Source of the DNA: Oculina patagonica | Taxonomy: Eukaryota | Direction of reading: 5' to 3' | Assembly: GCF_052425735.1 (NCBI RefSeq) | Contig: NC_135761.1 | Coordinates: 33,728,001 to 33,792,000 of the forward strand | DNA: 64,000 nucleotides | In this document: positions 60,063 through 64,000 of the stretch, in pieces | Numbering within the stretch: the first letter of the stretch is position 1 | Layout: each line of letters starts with the position of its first letter | The notes under the pieces: generated by a model | Seen by the model: only the letters and a program-made list of their open reading frames with translations | Told to the model about the DNA's origin: nothing | Database searches by the model: none | Position numbers and translations under genes: made by a program

Positions 60063-61333
60063 GCTAATTTTACAATATTGTCTCGTATTAATGCGCCTCA
60101 ACATGTTTCAAACACTGCTTAGGCTTCGTATTTTTAAATAAGCCTGCGGACTCGAAAAGTATGCCTTCCAGATGACCACACGTGCAGAGGAGGTATCAGT
60201 TATTTTTGCTGCAAATTTCAGGACTTCTGTCGTGTCACCAAACCAAAAGCAGTCATTTAACAACGCAAATTTTAGTATCTGTACGCTATCTTTTTGATGT
60301 AGGACTTATGAAACAGATGTTCACAACTTTGCTCGCACTCAGGTAAAGGATTTCATTGAATAATTTACGGAGCAATTGCAGAATACCCGGCCCAGCCAGA
60401 GCGTAAGTCGAATCTACTGCTCCCGTGGTCCCGCAGTGGTAAATGATCTAGCGCCCAAAGGAGACTAATGTTACGCGGGATCTGGAAACGAGTTTGAATC
60501 CAGTCCATTTTGTTCGAACGGCGGGAAAACGAGGGAAGGCGCTTGCAGGACTTTCAGATGGCTTTTCCATTGACTATTTACTGTCTGCTTTATATACGGA
60601 AACGACGCAGAATGAATGTAAAGCAGGCAGATCGTGTAAAATACTGGGCTTTATACTTCATCTTTGCAGTCCACTTTAATTCATTTTAAAGGGAAACATC
60701 GCGAGATCAGTAAATCCAAGAAAAGTGACGAGTCAAAAGTTCATTGATAAACGAAGTTTTTGAGGAGCAGAGGAAATAATTTCTATCCTGACGGTGGCTT
60801 TCTTTAGTGTAGAAAACTTCCAACGCAAGAACAAGGGCTGTTGATAAATAAAGTAAGTGAAACTCAAACTGAAATGTGTAATTTTGATCGTATTGTAAGA
60901 TAATTTGCGTTTAAAACAGTGACAACGACAACTTCATTGCCAAGAGGGAGTTAACAGATGACAGCTAACTCGTGAACGGCATCTGATCTGCCGTTATTTT
61001 TTTTTCCTCTTAAGAAACCAAACAATGCGGTCGAGGTTAGAGTGGAAAAACGGTCTGGGGAAGGAATGAAGCTAATTTTGGCCGTTTAAGCGAAATATGA
61101 ACACTATACGCAAGCATCTTACTGTGTAAAAGTGGCAGAAAATTTTATTTTGCTCAAAAAAAATATTTTGCTTTCAAGTTCCGAGACTTTTGTAATAGGC
61201 TTTGATACAAGAAACCCCATTTTGTGATAAAAGTTTGAACATCCAGGAAAAACATCGTGAAAAGTAATTCTTATTTAAAGTGGCAGCGCTCAACACTAAC
61301 ACGACGAAGGCCTTCACTGTTGTTTATAAACGC

Positions 61334-61407
61334 GTCAATAATTACTTTACAATGGCGTCTCAGTTTTCTTAATTTTGTCAATTACTTTGCGAGTGTTTGG
61401 GTCTGTT
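61334..61407. repeat. Exact direct repeat of 63927-64000 (runs off the window)
   Basis: 74 identical bases gtcaataatt...gggtctgtt. Confidence 0.85.
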
Positions 61408-63465
61408 AATTGCAACCATGTAAAGCTAAGAAATTTCTTCTCTTTTTGAGGTGTCTTTAGATTACATTGCTATGATATAGGAAATGAAAAAGATAGAGGA
61501 AACTACGCGCGTGCAAATATTTTTGGCAAAAACGCAGAAGACTTAGTTGCCACCTAGTTATCTCAGCACCACTTATCAGAAACGAGTTCGTGATACAGCA
61601 ATCGCTTTAAACAGGGTTTAGAGGAATAAATAAAGAATTAGATGAGAATGAGATCGGTAAAATAAAAGTGGCAAGGCGTGCGAAAATGACATGGGAAAGT
61701 GTAGCCAATAGTTGCATCAAGAATAAGCGCTTTCATAAGTCTTAATACACATATCATGCCACCATATGCATGAGGCTGGCGCTTTATTATCGTGCGGTCA
61801 AATGACATTAACGCTTTTAAAATAATTTGCCTTTTGAAAGAAAACAAAAGATAATATCAGTTCACTCTTAATTTTCTTGATATGAAATCGATAAAAAAAT
61901 AAGACTTAAAATTAACATTGTATATATTTAATGTACACAATCATCCTAATTACACCTGTACATGAATATTAAGTTATAATGTAAAAAGCATAAGATACAA
62001 AGTTACGTGGAATTCTTGTACAATGTAAATGTAGCATACTTTTATATAAAATTTGCAATATACAAATCTTAAAATTTGTACCTTCCAATAATATATATAA
62101 TATATATATAGCATTCACAAGTGAGATCATTAATTTAAGATGTATTTACAGAGCATAAATATAATGGATACTAAAATAAGGTAAAATAATCAAATATTTA
62201 CAAAAGTGCACATATGTTAAAACGCATACACTCTACATGTATCATTTGTGAAATTTACAATGTACCATATTCTAAAAACAGTTATTTGGAGATTTTAAAA
62301 ATCACCTTCAGATGGTGATTTGTTTGTTGGGTTATTTGTTTAACAAATAACCATAAAGCTGTGCTATGACCATCAGCCCAGTAAAAATGCTGAGTGGTGC
62401 AGTTACTGGGGACTCCAGTAACTTGAACATATACTGAATGCCTTTAACATTTTGTGGGAAAATGGGCCACTTGACATGCCCCTGCTCCCCTGCTACGCCC
62501 GGTAAGGCAAGGACCTCTCGGCCCTCTCTCCTTATATTTAAACACATTTTGACTGGGCTGGACCATTGGTTGCTATGCAAAGCAACATTAAGTATTGTTG
62601 GTTTTCAAGAAAGTACAACCTTAACATTACAATAGTAGAATGATCTGAGCTGGGCTCAAACATGCCTTACACTACAAATAATTTCACAAACAAAGTGGCA
62701 CTAATGGCACACCTCTTTTAAACAACAATTTGATTCACTGTTTCCTTTTTTTATGCTGTTTTAAATTGTCAGCAGAAACAACTAACTTTTCAGGACCTGT
62801 TTCTGCTCACATAACTGAAGTAAAAAACACACTAAAAGGTTTTTTTGTTAACAAACCTTTTGATCAATACTAATAATTATACAAGATGTGACATAATGAT
62901 GATGGCTTGTTATAGAACATTTTCATTTAGTGTATGTTATCTCTCTATTACTTAGCCCATAATAGTTAAGCAGGGCTTGAAAAAGGTGTCGTCTGGTTGT
63001 TCAAAACAACCAGATTTTTGTGCGGGACTAGTAATTTCCCATGCTTATGTGCCCAGTGGGCAAGGAGGTGGGCAAGTTGTCTGCCAACTAAATCATACTG
63101 AAAAGTAAACTAAGACAAGCATACAACTGCTCTGAGCAAGCTAATTATTGAGGTTTTCAATGTTTTAATGTGGAGATGAAATATGTCATCAAAAATGGCA
63201 ATTATTTATGAATTAAAAAATAAAGCAAAAAGTGCAAGCAATATTTTTTCGTGGTCATTTGTGTAAAATATCAAGGGATCTCTGTAAATGCAAGTTTCAG
63301 GTTGTCTTTTAAAAAAAAAGAAATCATTGAAATGGGTCTACTTACTTCCCCCCTCAGAAACCACCCTCTCCCTTAAACAATGTGAACCTTGCCTGCACAC
63401 TTACCTTTGTATCCTGTTTGAAGTGGTGAAATGGCTAGAAACAATCATGAGAGCATCAATGTTTT

Positions 63466-63468
<3 letters not shown>

Positions 63469-63504
<36 letters not shown>

Positions 63505-63577
63505 GTTACAATGGCGAGCCGATAGGCGAGCCATAGTAAACACCCATACAGATCGGACGCGAATATTTTATTCTACT
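63469..63577. repeat. ~110-nt imperfect palindrome/hairpin
   Basis: agtagataaaatat..gatctgtatggg..ttacaatggc pairs with gccatagtaa..cccatacagatc..atattttattctact. Confidence 0.8.
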
Positions 63578-64000
63578 TGTGAAATGAAAACAATAAATTG
63601 AATGCAAAGTATTGTTATGCGAATCAGTAGAGATCTGTATCAAAAGTTAATGAATACAAATTAGCTGAGCAGGAGTCTGTATCAAAAGTTAATTCTATTG
63701 TTTGATTTGTATTGGGGTTTACAGTTATGTACATGTGATCTGAATAGTGTGCTGGGATTGGTTTGCACCCTCATGAATAATTAATGAATTTTACAAGGTA
63801 AGATAATTGTAAATTTCAATTAATGGCCAACTCAAAAGAGAGAGAGAGAAACCCAAAACATAACTGATACAAAATAACAACAGTTCGTTTACGATTTAAC
63901 AAAATTCTTTCCTCAGAATGGCGAGAGTCAATAATTACTTTACAATGGCGTCTCAGTTTTCTTAATTTTGTCAATTACTTTGCGAGTGTTTGGGTCTGTT

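Overview
AT-rich eukaryotic (metazoan, most likely cnidarian/stony-coral-like; inference from repeat types and GT-AG introns) DNA with no recognisable host housekeeping gene. From ~1.9 kb to ~57 kb it is a dense patchwork of short (0.1-1.5 kb) transposon coding fragments from roughly 18-20 unrelated families (piggyBac, hAT, KDZ/CxC, P-like, pogo, Academ, RecQ, Mutator-like, Polinton PolB and RING, L1/Tx1, CR1/L2, CUT, HIRAN, P2X7-C). Essentially all lie on the + strand. A ~6-kb mosaic unit recurs in at least four rearranged copies. A candidate promoter with a minus-strand first exon near 59.8 kb would transcribe the whole array antisense, which resembles a uni-strand piRNA cluster (inference). 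Two complete, TSD-flanked elements stand out. (1) A 4.8-kb hAT element with 15-bp TIRs and a 5-bp TSD (8381-13190), whose NLS-bearing leader exons can be spliced in frame either to an F-box/LRR protein (with its own polyA signal) or to the transposase. (2) A 1.66-kb L1/Tx1-like element with an intact ORF1, a collapsed ORF2, a polyA tail and a 12-bp TSD.
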